DNA of 63,318 nucleotides, filler included, from 7 parts of 7 records of this genome joined end to end with filler, not necessarily neighbours in it; one strand, 5' to 3'. Shown: positions 9,597 to 18,503, counted from the first letter of the whole stretch. Numbers and translations are program-made. The notes: generated by a model from the sequence alone, not told the origin.

Positions 9597-10694
9597 TTAC
9601 TCTCGTTTTGCGAGCATTCGACGATAATAGGATAGACACAGGCAGGTCATGGGGAGTGCGATAAGCAGGCCAAGGAATCCAAGGAGCTTGCCCCAAATGG
9701 ACAGAGACAGCAGAATAAGCCAAGGGGACAAGCCGAGGCTCTCTCCCTGAATTTTAGGGACAAGAAAGCCATCCTGAATGACCTGAACAACGGTCATAAC
9801 AACCACAACAAGTCCTATCCCCACCCAGACGGACTCCCCGGCCTCAAGGGAATCGAGAGCCGCCAGAAGAATTGCCGGGACCGCTCCGGCTGCACCGAGG
9901 TATGGAGCAATGTTCAACAGGCCGATAAGCATACCAAGCACAAGACCAAGCGGCAAACCAATGAGCATAAAGCCTAACGACATGAGCACGCCTACGATAA
10001 GGCAGACCGTTATCTGCCCGCGAAAGTACAACCCCATGGTCTTTTCGAATTCACCAAGAAAACCTGTGACGCCTTCGCGATATTTCCTCGGCAGATAACT
10101 CTGCCAGGACTCCTTGATCTTGCCAAAATCGGCTAACAAAAAAATCAGATAAAGCAGAATGACAAACAGCCCAATGAGTCCTGCTACAGCATTGAGCGCT
10201 CCTACGGCCACACCCTTGATACCGGGGACTACTGTTTGTAATGCGCTCTTGGCGACCTTTGTGGCTCCTGCGGACGAGAACAGATCTTTCACTTCGGGGG
10301 ACTGGACGGTGTCGCGCACCCAGTTCCAAATGTCCGGGGGGAGATAACTCGCGACCTTTTCGGAAAATTCGGAGTCAGAAACCAATTGAGACAAGACCGT
10401 TCCCATATGTGAGAACTCACCAATCATCATGGGAACAACCAACACAAAAATACCAACGGTGACGCCGACCAAGGTAAGCATGGTCAACAAAACGGCTACA
10501 CCGCGATTCTTCACGTATTTTTCAAAGAAACAGGCAAGGGGATTCAGCAGATAGGCCATAAGGAGGGCGGCCACGAACGGTACGAGGGCACTGGAAAGAA
10601 ATCCAAGCAACCAGACCAAACCGATAAAGAAACCGACCCCAAGGACCATGCGGACAACGCTGTCCAAAGTATAGGGCTTATCCGAATCAAACAT
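9597..10694 (-). CDS. AI-2E family transporter
   Basis: PFVAALLMAYLLNP, YFRGQ, LNIAPYLG, PKIQGESLGLSP, GFLGLLIALP. Confidence 0.9.
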   Translation of the reverse strand: MFDSDKPYTLDSVVRMVLGVGFFIGLVWLLGFLSSALVPFVAALLMAYLLNPLACFFEKYVKNRGVAVLLTMLTLVGVTVGIFVLVVPMMIGEFSHMGTVLSQLVSDSEFSEKVASYLPPDIWNWVRDTVQSPEVKDLFSSAGATKVAKSALQTVVPGIKGVAVGALNAVAGLIGLFVILLYLIFLLADFGKIKESWQSYLPRKYREGVTGFLGEFEKTMGLYFRGQITVCLIVGVLMSLGFMLIGLPLGLVLGMLIGLLNIAPYLGAAGAVPAILLAALDSLEAGESVWVGIGLVVVVMTVVQVIQDGFLVPKIQGESLGLSPWLILLSLSIWGKLLGFLGLLIALPMTCLCLSYYRRMLAKRE

Positions 10695-10780
10695 GCGGGC
10701 GCCTCCTGAAAACGTTGGAAGTATTACCGTTCCTTACCAGTCACACACGCTTTGTTCAACGCCCATGGCGTAAAAAGGAG

Positions 10781-11995
10781 CTATCCCTTGAGGACTTCGC
10801 GATCCCGCACACCGATAAGATACAAAATAGTGTCCAACCCAAGGGTAGATATTGACTGACGCGCCCCTTTCTTGACCTTCGGCTTGGCATGGAAAGCGAT
10901 ACCGAGACCGGCCAGATTGAGCATGGGCAAGTCGTTGGCCCCGTCACCAACGGCAATGACTTGTTGCAGGGAAATACCCTCAAGGTCAGCGATAGATTGC
11001 AACAGCTCTGCTTTCTTGTTCGCATCCACGATGTCGCCAACAGCCTTGCCGGTCAGCTTGCCGTCCTTGATTTCAAGTTCATTGGCGTAGACATAGTCGA
11101 TACCGAAACGTTCCTGAAGAATATCGCCAAAATAGGTAAATCCACCGGACAGAATGGCAATCTTGTAGCCCACATTTTTCAGGTTGGTAATGAGCTTTTC
11201 CGCACCTTCGGTCATGGGCAACCGCGCCGCGACCTTCTGCAACACGGACTCATCAAGACCTTCAAGCAGAGACAGCCTTTGTTTGAGGCTTTGCTTGAAA
11301 TCAAGTTCGCCACGCATGGCGGATTCCGTTATAGCCGCGACTTGTTCGCCCACACCGGCCTCTTTGGCCAACTCATCGATGACCTCGGCCTGAATAAGCG
11401 TGGAGTCCATGTCAAAACACACCAATCGACGATTACGCCGGAAGATGTTGTCTTCCTGAAAGGCGATGTCCACCATAAGCTCTGAAGAAATTTCAAGGAA
11501 ACGGGAACGAATGGCCCCAATGTCATGGGGTGTTCCTCGTACGGTAAATTCAACACACCCGCGAGAGCATTCATAATCATTACAGTCGAGCGGGACACGT
11601 CCGGAAAGTCGATGGATGGTGTCGATATTCAAACCGGACTCGTGGACAACCTGCGTGATGGCCACAATCTGCTCTGCAGAGACAGACCGAGCGAGCAAGG
11701 TGATGATGTGCCGCGCCTTGTCAGCTTCGCTCACCCAGCCGGAATAATCACCTTCGGACTGAGGGTGCAGCTTCATTGTCACGCCTAATTCATGAGCTTT
11801 GAACAACAAATCCTTGAGCACTGGCTGAGAATTGGCAGGGAGCCGAATCAAAATACCGAGCGTCAGAAAATTATGAATAACGACCTGACCAATATCAAGA
11901 ACATCAACGTCGTAGCCAGCCAGTACTTCAGACAACTCGGAAGTCAGGCCGGGGCGGTCACTACCAGTCACATGAATCAAAATGATTTTTTCCAT
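10781..11995 (-). CDS. serB: Phosphoserine phosphatase with two N-terminal ACT domains
   Basis: GSDRPG ACT motif; HAD motifs FDMDSTL, SGGF, GDGANDL; start moved to MEKII after GAGGT. Confidence 0.95.
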   Translation of the reverse strand: MEKIILIHVTGSDRPGLTSELSEVLAGYDVDVLDIGQVVIHNFLTLGILIRLPANSQPVLKDLLFKAHELGVTMKLHPQSEGDYSGWVSEADKARHIITLLARSVSAEQIVAITQVVHESGLNIDTIHRLSGRVPLDCNDYECSRGCVEFTVRGTPHDIGAIRSRFLEISSELMVDIAFQEDNIFRRNRRLVCFDMDSTLIQAEVIDELAKEAGVGEQVAAITESAMRGELDFKQSLKQRLSLLEGLDESVLQKVAARLPMTEGAEKLITNLKNVGYKIAILSGGFTYFGDILQERFGIDYVYANELEIKDGKLTGKAVGDIVDANKKAELLQSIADLEGISLQQVIAVGDGANDLPMLNLAGLGIAFHAKPKVKKGARQSISTLGLDTILYLIGVRDREVLKG

Positions 11996-12116
11996 CATAA
12001 ACCTCGCACCGCGGACCTTGTCACAAAACGCTTTTACAGTAAATGACTCGAACAACGGGAAAATCAGGCAGAGCTTGAAATGCCCAATTAAAACTCGCAC
12101 CACCATGAACGTTCAT

Positions 12117-12153
12117 AAAAAAACAGCGAACCCTGCTTAAAAGCAGAGCTCGC
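12117..12153 (-). terminator. Intrinsic terminator after the bactofilin/small-protein pair
   Basis: Minus strand gcgagctctgct-ttta-agcagggttcgc followed by a T-run. Confidence 0.7.
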
Positions 12154-12209
12154 CATTAAAACGACATAATCAAAGTGCCAAAAACAATCAGCACAAGCAT
12201 CCAATGATG

Positions 12210-12365
12210 CTATTTTTTTGCTTTTTCCTTGACTTCGCGCACGATAGCCAAGCCAGAAGCCAGAGAACGAATATGACGCTGAGCGACCACCTCCACTTCT
12301 CTTTTCTTCTCTGCGGAAAAAGCCACGGATTCCTCACCGTTGTAGTCTATTACCAATTCATACAT
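12210..12365 (-). CDS. 51-aa hypothetical protein (absent from ORF track)
   Basis: MYELVIDYNGEESVAFSAEKKREVEVVAQRHIRSLASGLAIVREVKEKAKK; GGAG RBS 12373-12376 directly after the bactofilin stop; terminator downstream. Confidence 0.75.
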   Translation of the reverse strand: MYELVIDYNGEESVAFSAEKKREVEVVAQRHIRSLASGLAIVREVKEKAKK

Positions 12366-12377
12366 TTACTTGCTCCA

Positions 12378-12851
12378 TTATGCTTTGGAATCATCCGAGC
12401 CGGTCTTGTCGACAGCAACCTCAGACTCGGACTCGACATCTTTGGACGAGTTGCCACCGAAGTCCCCGGCCACGACCTTGGGCTTGGAAGTTGTTGCAGA
12501 ATCCGTACTCATAACAATCGAACCTTCGAGTACGGCACCTTTCTCCACGACCAAAACGGGGGTGGACAAACTGCCGTTAAGCACTGACGTCTTTTCCAGC
12601 ACGGTACGCTCTCGCACGATCACATCACCTGTAATCTGTCCGCAGGATGTCAGTTGGCCGACTCGTACAACACCATTCACAGAAGCCTTCCGGCCAAGGA
12701 CCAAATCGCCATCTGTGGAAATTTCGCCTTCAAAACGACCGTCAATACGAACCGTTCCCACGAAATCGAGTTTGCCCCTGTATTCGGTTCCTACGCCAAG
12801 AAAGGCGTTCAATTCGGAATGGCTTTTCTTATCACTTGAAAAAAGACCCAT
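12378..12851 (-). CDS. Bactofilin (polymer-forming cytoskeletal protein, CcmA family)
   Basis: MGLFS membrane-targeting-like start, FLGVGTEYRGKLDF...VRIDGRFEGEI...GAVLEGSI beta-helix; GGAG RBS before ATG 12851. Confidence 0.9.
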   Translation of the reverse strand: MGLFSSDKKSHSELNAFLGVGTEYRGKLDFVGTVRIDGRFEGEISTDGDLVLGRKASVNGVVRVGQLTSCGQITGDVIVRERTVLEKTSVLNGSLSTPVLVVEKGAVLEGSIVMSTDSATTSKPKVVAGDFGGNSSKDVESESEVAVDKTGSDDSKA

Positions 12852-13010
12852 AATTAAAACTCCGTATACGAAAGCTGACGCCATGCGTCGCCTTCGGTAG
12901 CCTTGAAAACAGCTGAGCAGACACTTCCTATACCCTCGCCTCTCACCAAATGCCACTTTTTTTTCACAGTCACGACGTCACAGGACAGCAGCCCTTCTTT
13001 TTTCCCTCGC

Positions 13011-13039
13011 TTGACGCGTTAGCCACCCTCCCCTAAAAC
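13011..13039 (+). promoter_or_regulatory. Sigma70-type promoter, probably giving a leaderless mRNA
   Basis: TTGACG-N17-TAAAAC, ATG 6 nt later, no Shine-Dalgarno. Confidence 0.55.
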
Positions 13040-13045
13040 GAAGAT

Positions 13046-13717
13046 ATGAAACGTAGCGAAATAAATGCACTGATTACTGATGCCAAAGCATTCTTCGACT
13101 CCTTCCAATTCATGTTGCCGCCGTGGGCCTTCTGGGGGCCAACCGACTGGAAAGGGAAAGGAGAAAGCGATGTTGTCAGAAATCAGCTCGGTTGGGACTT
13201 GACGGATTATGGCGCAGGCGACTTTGAAAAACGCGGACTGATTCTGTTCACCATCCGCAACGGCAATCTTGCGACCGGGCATCCCAAAAAGTACGCGGAA
13301 AAGATCATGATCGTTCGCGAGAATCAAATTTGTCCCATGCATTTCCACTGGTCCAAAACCGAAGATATCATCAACCGGGGCGGCGGGAATCTTGTCATTG
13401 AACTCTATGGTTCCACTCCAAAGGAAGAACTGGCCTCAGAACCTCTGACCGTTTCTGTTGACGGTTTTGATCGACTCGTGGAACCAGGGGGAACTGTCAT
13501 CCTCGCTCCGGGTGAATCCATATTTTTGGAGCAAGGCATGTATCACCGTTTCTACGGAGAAACGGGTAAAGGCAACGTTCTTGTCGGTGAAGTTTCATCC
13601 GTCAACGACGACAATACCGACAATCGTTTCCACCAAACTCAAGCCCGTTTCCCTGAAATCGAAGAAGATGAGCCGCCCGTACATCTTCTTTGCACAGATT
13701 ACCCCGAGTATATTTAA
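13046..13717 (+). CDS. D-lyxose/D-mannose family sugar isomerase
   Basis: MKRSEIN, LGWDLTDYG, YAEKIM, PMHFHWSKTEDIINRGGG, GEVSSVNDDNTDN. Confidence 0.92.
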   Translation: MKRSEINALITDAKAFFDSFQFMLPPWAFWGPTDWKGKGESDVVRNQLGWDLTDYGAGDFEKRGLILFTIRNGNLATGHPKKYAEKIMIVRENQICPMHFHWSKTEDIINRGGGNLVIELYGSTPKEELASEPLTVSVDGFDRLVEPGGTVILAPGESIFLEQGMYHRFYGETGKGNVLVGEVSSVNDDNTDNRFHQTQARFPEIEEDEPPVHLLCTDYPEYI

Positions 13718-13749
13718 AAAAAGCCGCCTGAGACATCAGGCGGCCTTTT
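13716..13749. terminator. Bidirectional terminator
   Basis: gccgcctga-gaca-tcaggcggc flanked by A and T runs, between convergent genes. Confidence 0.8.
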
Positions 13750-13750
13750 C

Positions 13751-14416
13751 TCATTCTATGACCTTACCGTCAGCCATGGACACGACTCTGTCCGCCATGG
13801 CAGCATATTCGCTGTCATGCGTCACCATGACGATGGACAGCCCTTCATCTTTCAAATCGACGAGTAATTTCATAATTGATTCCCCCGTCCCTTTATCCAG
13901 ATTCCCAGTGGGTTCATCCGCAAAAAGCACTGATGATTCTTTCACGAGAGCGCGAGCAATGGCTACTCGTTGCTGCTCACCGCCGGAAAGGTGTCCTGGC
14001 AACTTGGCCCCCTTGCCAGCCAGCCCCACACGTTCGAGGCATTGTTCAGCGCGCAGGCGGGCCTCTTTGGAGACCGGCGCGACCCCTTTCATATAAGGGA
14101 GCAGAACATTCTCCAGCGCAGAAAGATATGGGAGCAAATAATGGAACTGAAAAACAACGGCAAAATCCTTCTGTCGCAATTCATTCAGACGCGACGCAGT
14201 CATCTCGGTCACGTTCTCGCCTTTGTATAGAATCTCACCAGAATCCGGGAGCAGGAGCGTTGACAGGACATTGAGAAAAGTCGTCTTGCCAGAACCTGAC
14301 CGGCCTACAATGGACACAAATTCGCCGGGTTCCACCGACAGATCGACACCAGTCAACGCATATGTATCCAGACCCTCGCTATGGAAAGTCTTGGTAATAT
14401 TTTTTGCTTCAAGCAT
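13751..14416 (-). CDS. LolD/MacB-type ABC ATP-binding protein
   Basis: GRSGSGKT, LSGGEQQRV, FADEPTGNLD; ATG 14416 after AGGAG. Confidence 0.93.
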   Translation of the reverse strand: MLEAKNITKTFHSEGLDTYALTGVDLSVEPGEFVSIVGRSGSGKTTFLNVLSTLLLPDSGEILYKGENVTEMTASRLNELRQKDFAVVFQFHYLLPYLSALENVLLPYMKGVAPVSKEARLRAEQCLERVGLAGKGAKLPGHLSGGEQQRVAIARALVKESSVLFADEPTGNLDKGTGESIMKLLVDLKDEGLSIVMVTHDSEYAAMADRVVSMADGKVIE

Positions 14417-14428
14417 ATTCAGCAACTC

Positions 14429-15592
14429 CTACAAGGCGATAAGCGCTTCAGACGGTTCGACAGTCGAGGCTTTCCATGCCGGGAACAAGGCAGACAAAAC
14501 TGAAACGGACACAATCAGCAGACCGGTCAAAGCCATGTGTCCAACATTAAAGACGGGAGACGCCCCCTGCGCCATATCGAGCATGCTCAAAATCTTGAGA
14601 CTCAACATGTACCCACCGATATAGCCCATGATACCTGCAACAAAACCGATAAGCATGGCTTCAAAACAGAATATGGAAAAAATGGATGCACGCCCGAATC
14701 CCAAAGACCGCATCAGGCCAATTTCCTTGATTCGCTCGTTGACAGAAGAGAGCATGGTCACGCCAACCATACAGCAGGCAATAAACAGAATAATCAGACT
14801 GACGGTTAAAATCAGTTGCTTGACGAAATTGACCGAATACATGCGCTGTTTGACGATGGATTGTAATGCCTGAATGTCCGTGCTGGGAAGCGCGGCCTGA
14901 ATCTGTTCCACAATGTCTTCAATAGGACATCCCGCGCATAGGGCGGCAACTTCCACAAAATTCACACGATCTATCTTTCCAAAATGAGTTTGAGCAAAGC
15001 TCATGGACGCGAACACCACGGAATCGTCGTCGCTGCCCGTGGGCATAAGAACGCCGGAAACCGTGACCGGAATTTCATTCAACGTCAGACTCGACCCCGG
15101 CGACACGCCAAGGGAAGAAGCGGCTTTCGCTCCGACAACGACACCGCTATCCGTCGCAGGAAACTCGCCATTCACAGCCCAGTAGCCCTTAAGCACTTTT
15201 TCCTTGTCCCAACGCACGCCCACGATTCCCACAACGGTATCGCCAACCGAGGCCATGGAAACGAGCTTTGGCGCAACCACAGCAATCCGTTCCTTGAGCT
15301 CGATGGTCCCGACCATATTCACCACTTCGGATTCGCTCAGGTCATTGGCACCCAGGACCATGTCACCCATGGAAAAGCCGCCGTAACTGACGGTCAGCTT
15401 CTCACTTTTAGGCATAATCAGAATATTGGCCCCATACGCAGTGAGTTTCTTTTCCAGGGACTCGCCCACAACGCTGGATACGGAATTCAACGATACGATG
15501 GATGTCACCCCAAGGGTAAACACGACCAGCAGGAGCAGTGTTTTGACCCACTTCCGCCGAGTATTCCTGAACGGTATTGTCAGAATGTTCAT
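14429..15592 (-). CDS. FtsX/MacB-type ABC permease with periplasmic CxxC motif
   Basis: 4-TM MacB topology, YGANILI, SVNERIKEIGLMRSLG; ALCAGCP in the periplasmic domain. Confidence 0.88.
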   Translation of the reverse strand: MNILTIPFRNTRRKWVKTLLLLVVFTLGVTSIVSLNSVSSVVGESLEKKLTAYGANILIMPKSEKLTVSYGGFSMGDMVLGANDLSESEVVNMVGTIELKERIAVVAPKLVSMASVGDTVVGIVGVRWDKEKVLKGYWAVNGEFPATDSGVVVGAKAASSLGVSPGSSLTLNEIPVTVSGVLMPTGSDDDSVVFASMSFAQTHFGKIDRVNFVEVAALCAGCPIEDIVEQIQAALPSTDIQALQSIVKQRMYSVNFVKQLILTVSLIILFIACCMVGVTMLSSVNERIKEIGLMRSLGFGRASIFSIFCFEAMLIGFVAGIMGYIGGYMLSLKILSMLDMAQGASPVFNVGHMALTGLLIVSVSVLSALFPAWKASTVEPSEALIAL

Positions 15593-16042
15593 CTAGAAGT
15601 ACCCGCTTCCAGCCGCAATATCACTCGCCTGAATGGTAACATTGTCTGCATCATAGGTACGATTCAAAGGCGAAGGGTTGCACCCACCCTGAACTTCGTT
15701 GATACGCGAGGAATGAAAACGCATCCCGCAATTGTTGCAGACCATGAACTCGCCATCCTGCGAATACCCTTTCTTTTCAAGGTAACAGACATCACAAGCG
15801 TCAAAAGCCGCACGAATCACTCCGTCCGAACTCTTGAGCAAAAAAAACTTTACCTCTTCTCCTTGATCAAACGAAAAATAATGGGCTTCACCATCGGAAA
15901 CATCAGCGACTGGAATGGTGACAACACCATTCTCAGCATCCACACTCTTATATTTACCAAATCCGAAGAACGCCTCGCTTTCCACGGCCCAAGCCAGAGC
16001 AAACAACATCACCAATACGGCTATATACCTTACTATTTTCAA
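15593..16042 (-). CDS. DUF2318 / FtrD-like exported Fe-S protein
   Basis: Signal peptide; DACDVC, VCNNCG and GGCNP motifs; TTG start after AGGAGG. Confidence 0.85.
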   Translation of the reverse strand: MKIVRYIAVLVMLFALAWAVESEAFFGFGKYKSVDAENGVVTIPVADVSDGEAHYFSFDQGEEVKFFLLKSSDGVIRAAFDACDVCYLEKKGYSQDGEFMVCNNCGMRFHSSRINEVQGGCNPSPLNRTYDADNVTIQASDIAAGSGYF

Positions 16043-16130
16043 ATGATCCTCCTTGCTTACATCCTATTTCAGACTTTGTCGGTATGAAATTATTAGACAC
16101 CTTTTGCTCACACCAATAAAACAGAGATAT

Positions 16131-16147
16131 TGCATCAATTATACCAA
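16131..16147 (-). promoter_or_regulatory. Sigma54 (-24/-12) promoter
   Basis: Minus strand TTGGTATAATTGATGCA with exact GG-N10-GC spacing, about 90 nt upstream of the DUF2318 start. Confidence 0.6.
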
Positions 16148-16219
16148 TAAATAATATAAGTATTCTCTACCAGTTGTCCAATTTGTCGTTTCCAAAACCG
16201 TGCAAAAGGTGACTACAGC

Positions 16220-16248
16220 TGCACAAAACATGTGCAATATGACGCACA
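16220..16248. promoter_or_regulatory. Candidate enhancer-binding-protein sites (UAS)
   Basis: TGCACA-N5-TGTGCA (16220-16236) overlapping TGTGC-N8-GCACA (16231-16248), 70-100 bp upstream of the -24 box. Confidence 0.5.
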
Positions 16249-16278
16249 TTTCACCCTATAACCCACTCTTATTTTCAT

Positions 16279-16307
16279 AAAAAAAGAGCCGCCAAAAGGC
16301 GGCTCTT
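16279..16307 (-). terminator. Intrinsic terminator of the FmdE-fusion gene
   Basis: aagagccgcc-aaaa-ggcggctctt with a minus-strand T-run. Confidence 0.8.
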
Positions 16308-16370
16308 CACTCTTTTCCAAATCAAAACAATTGGAAGTTACCCCGAGGAACAACTCCTAAAAAATGATGT

Positions 16371-17996
16371 CTATTTACCGAACGGACATTTGGGGAATGA
16401 ACAGGTCTTGCAACCCATGCAGAAACCACCTTCTCCAAGCCGGGCAAGATCTTTTCTTGTAATAGTCTGTCCTGACAGAACTCGCGGCAGCAGGATATCA
16501 AAGGCCGTAGTCTGATAAAACAGAGCGCAAGCGGGGACACCCAAGATAGAAGCATTCCGCAACTTGCCAACCAGCGACATGGTACCGGGCAGGACGGGAA
16601 CGCCGTAGAGGTCGTCTTTCAAGCCCGCATCAACGAGGCCCGCGCGAGTAACATCATCCGGATCTACAGACATACCCGCAGTGGTTATGATGAGATTACA
16701 CCCGGCGTCCAGCATCTCCGTTGCAGCCTTGGTGATAGCCTCTCGCTCATCAGGTGCGATGGCTGTTTTAACCACTTCGCAACCGAGCTTAATGACCTTG
16801 GAAGAAATGATCGGAATGAACTTGTCTTCAATCAGTCCCTGAAAAACTTCAGTGCCAGTCACCAAAATACCAACCTTGGCGGCCTTGAGAGAATGAATCT
16901 CAAGGACAGGACCTTCACCCAAAGCAGTCAGAGCGCGGCTGAACCTGTCTCGAGCAATATACAGCGGTATTGCACGAGTGCCGCCCACGCCCTTGCCTTT
17001 GGGCATAACCGATCCATCATGACGGGTGGCAAGCATGACGTCAGGAGAAAGATTGAAACGGGAAAGCGCGTCCAGATCGATGGACAACATACCGGGTTCT
17101 TCGGCAAAGAAATTGATTTTTCCTTCTTCCGGGTTCGCATCATAGGTAATGCCCTTACCAGCCATACGCTTGGCAAAAGCCTTGACCGCATCATTCTCAT
17201 GAACCCATTCGTCACCAGGCAGGTTCTCTTCAAGATAGACGTTGTATTTGCCAATACGTTGCAGACGACAGACATCACCGATATCCAAAGTTTCTCCGGC
17301 TTTCATGATCGGCCCCTTGGACTCACCCGGCACAATGCCGGTCATATCATGAGCTGCCTTCTTGCCTACAGCTTCTTCCACAGGAACAGCATGTAAGTCG
17401 GGCGCTTCATCGATACACGTGGCATTCCCCATGGTCTCGTAAGGGGCCTCGCCCTGACAGCCACGACAGATGGAGCCATCCGAACCGGGGTAGGCTTCAC
17501 CGCAGACCGGACAGACGTCAATGGTCGACATATGACCATGACCAATATATTTCTTGGCGATAGTGATGGGCTGGATGGAACAAATGGTGTCACCAGCCTG
17601 CTCGATTTCAGAGAAAAGCTTGTCCGTGTCTTGTTCGGCCTTGGGCTTTTCCTTCATGAACCAGCCACGAATCTCCGGCCATTTGTCGAGCTTTTTCTGA
17701 TCGACGGCAACACGAAAGCCTTCGCCGGTAAACTTGTCATACAATGACACGGCATACCGACCGAGCAACGTAATTTTCATCCAGTTGTTACCAGTGCTGC
17801 ATGGTGTCTGCATCTGTACAGCGTCAGGCAAACATTTACCGGTTTCGACCATGGCTTCATACAATGTTCCTTCAGGGATACGCGCTTTGGCCGCTTCGAC
17901 CATGTACCCACCGATAAGCAAACCCGGAGCCGGGTAACCGTGAAATTGTTTCGCCTTTTTCTTGAACTCTGCAAAGGTGTATTCACCAATATTCAT
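16371..17996 (-). CDS. FmdE-family protein fused to a MoeA-like molybdopterin-binding domain
   Basis: FHGYPAPG and KCLPDAVQ (FmdE), CPVCGE...CRGC zinc finger, TAGMSVDPDDVT and PVLPG (MoCF_biosynth-like), C-terminal CMGCKTCSFPKC. Confidence 0.8.
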   Translation of the reverse strand: MNIGEYTFAEFKKKAKQFHGYPAPGLLIGGYMVEAAKARIPEGTLYEAMVETGKCLPDAVQMQTPCSTGNNWMKITLLGRYAVSLYDKFTGEGFRVAVDQKKLDKWPEIRGWFMKEKPKAEQDTDKLFSEIEQAGDTICSIQPITIAKKYIGHGHMSTIDVCPVCGEAYPGSDGSICRGCQGEAPYETMGNATCIDEAPDLHAVPVEEAVGKKAAHDMTGIVPGESKGPIMKAGETLDIGDVCRLQRIGKYNVYLEENLPGDEWVHENDAVKAFAKRMAGKGITYDANPEEGKINFFAEEPGMLSIDLDALSRFNLSPDVMLATRHDGSVMPKGKGVGGTRAIPLYIARDRFSRALTALGEGPVLEIHSLKAAKVGILVTGTEVFQGLIEDKFIPIISSKVIKLGCEVVKTAIAPDEREAITKAATEMLDAGCNLIITTAGMSVDPDDVTRAGLVDAGLKDDLYGVPVLPGTMSLVGKLRNASILGVPACALFYQTTAFDILLPRVLSGQTITRKDLARLGEGGFCMGCKTCSFPKCPFGK

Positions 17997-18214
17997 ATAT
18001 TCCTCGATTGTCTTTCAGACCCTATGAAAGCAAAAAAATAGAACACGCCATGTCCTCTGCACCGTTTCCGGGCGAAAGGACTATGCCATTATGATGGGAT
18101 TGAGGCAATCCTCAGGGTGCGACCGGTCGCAGAGCGGCTTCATCCAATATGATAAGGGACTCTATCTTCGTGCTTATGCATAGAAAGTCGTTCCTTCTCG
18201 TACTTATAAACAAC

Positions 18215-18249
18215 AAAAGAAGCCCGCTTTCAAATAAGCGGGCTTCTTT
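18215..18249 (-). terminator. Intrinsic terminator
   Basis: aaagaagcccgctt / aagcgggcttcttt stem directly after the small lipoprotein stop. Confidence 0.8.
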
Positions 18250-18250
18250 C

Positions 18251-18502
18251 TTAACGACGCCTTGCAGGACGGGTTGAGGGCCTATCCGGACGCGAAGGCA
18301 ATGGTTTTGGCTTCACAGCTGGCGGCCGCTCAGGTTTATAATTCGGCGGAGGCCTGTGATGATGATACCTGTAGTCATCATCATAATGTCTCCAACTGGT
18401 CCCATAGGAATAACTCATGCCATACCCCACCGTGCAGGCTGACAGTGCGATCATAGAAAAGCACAATATCACGGCAATCAAAAGGAATTTGAACGCGTGC
18501 AT
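18251..18502 (-). CDS. Small putative lipoprotein with Pro/Arg-rich tail
   Basis: Lipobox LSAC; GGAGGA RBS inside the end of the upstream gene; ATG 18502. Confidence 0.7.
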   Translation of the reverse strand: MHAFKFLLIAVILCFSMIALSACTVGYGMSYSYGTSWRHYDDDYRYHHHRPPPNYKPERPPAVKPKPLPSRPDRPSTRPARRR

Positions 18503-18503
18503 A

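Noticed and set aside
9517..9723. ORFs running into N spacers (also 23331, 32410, 38543, 49368)
   Set aside because: Their stops come from the artificial linker and they lie antisense or off-frame to real genes.
14984..16087. Long antisense ORFs in segment 2 (367 aa here, 381 aa at 20811-21956, 269 aa at 22724-23533)
   Set aside because: Shadows of well-supported opposite-strand genes; no recognisable motifs.
18000..18135. Confident Moco riboswitch call
   Set aside because: Conserved core nucleotides are not evident; kept only as a candidate structured leader.
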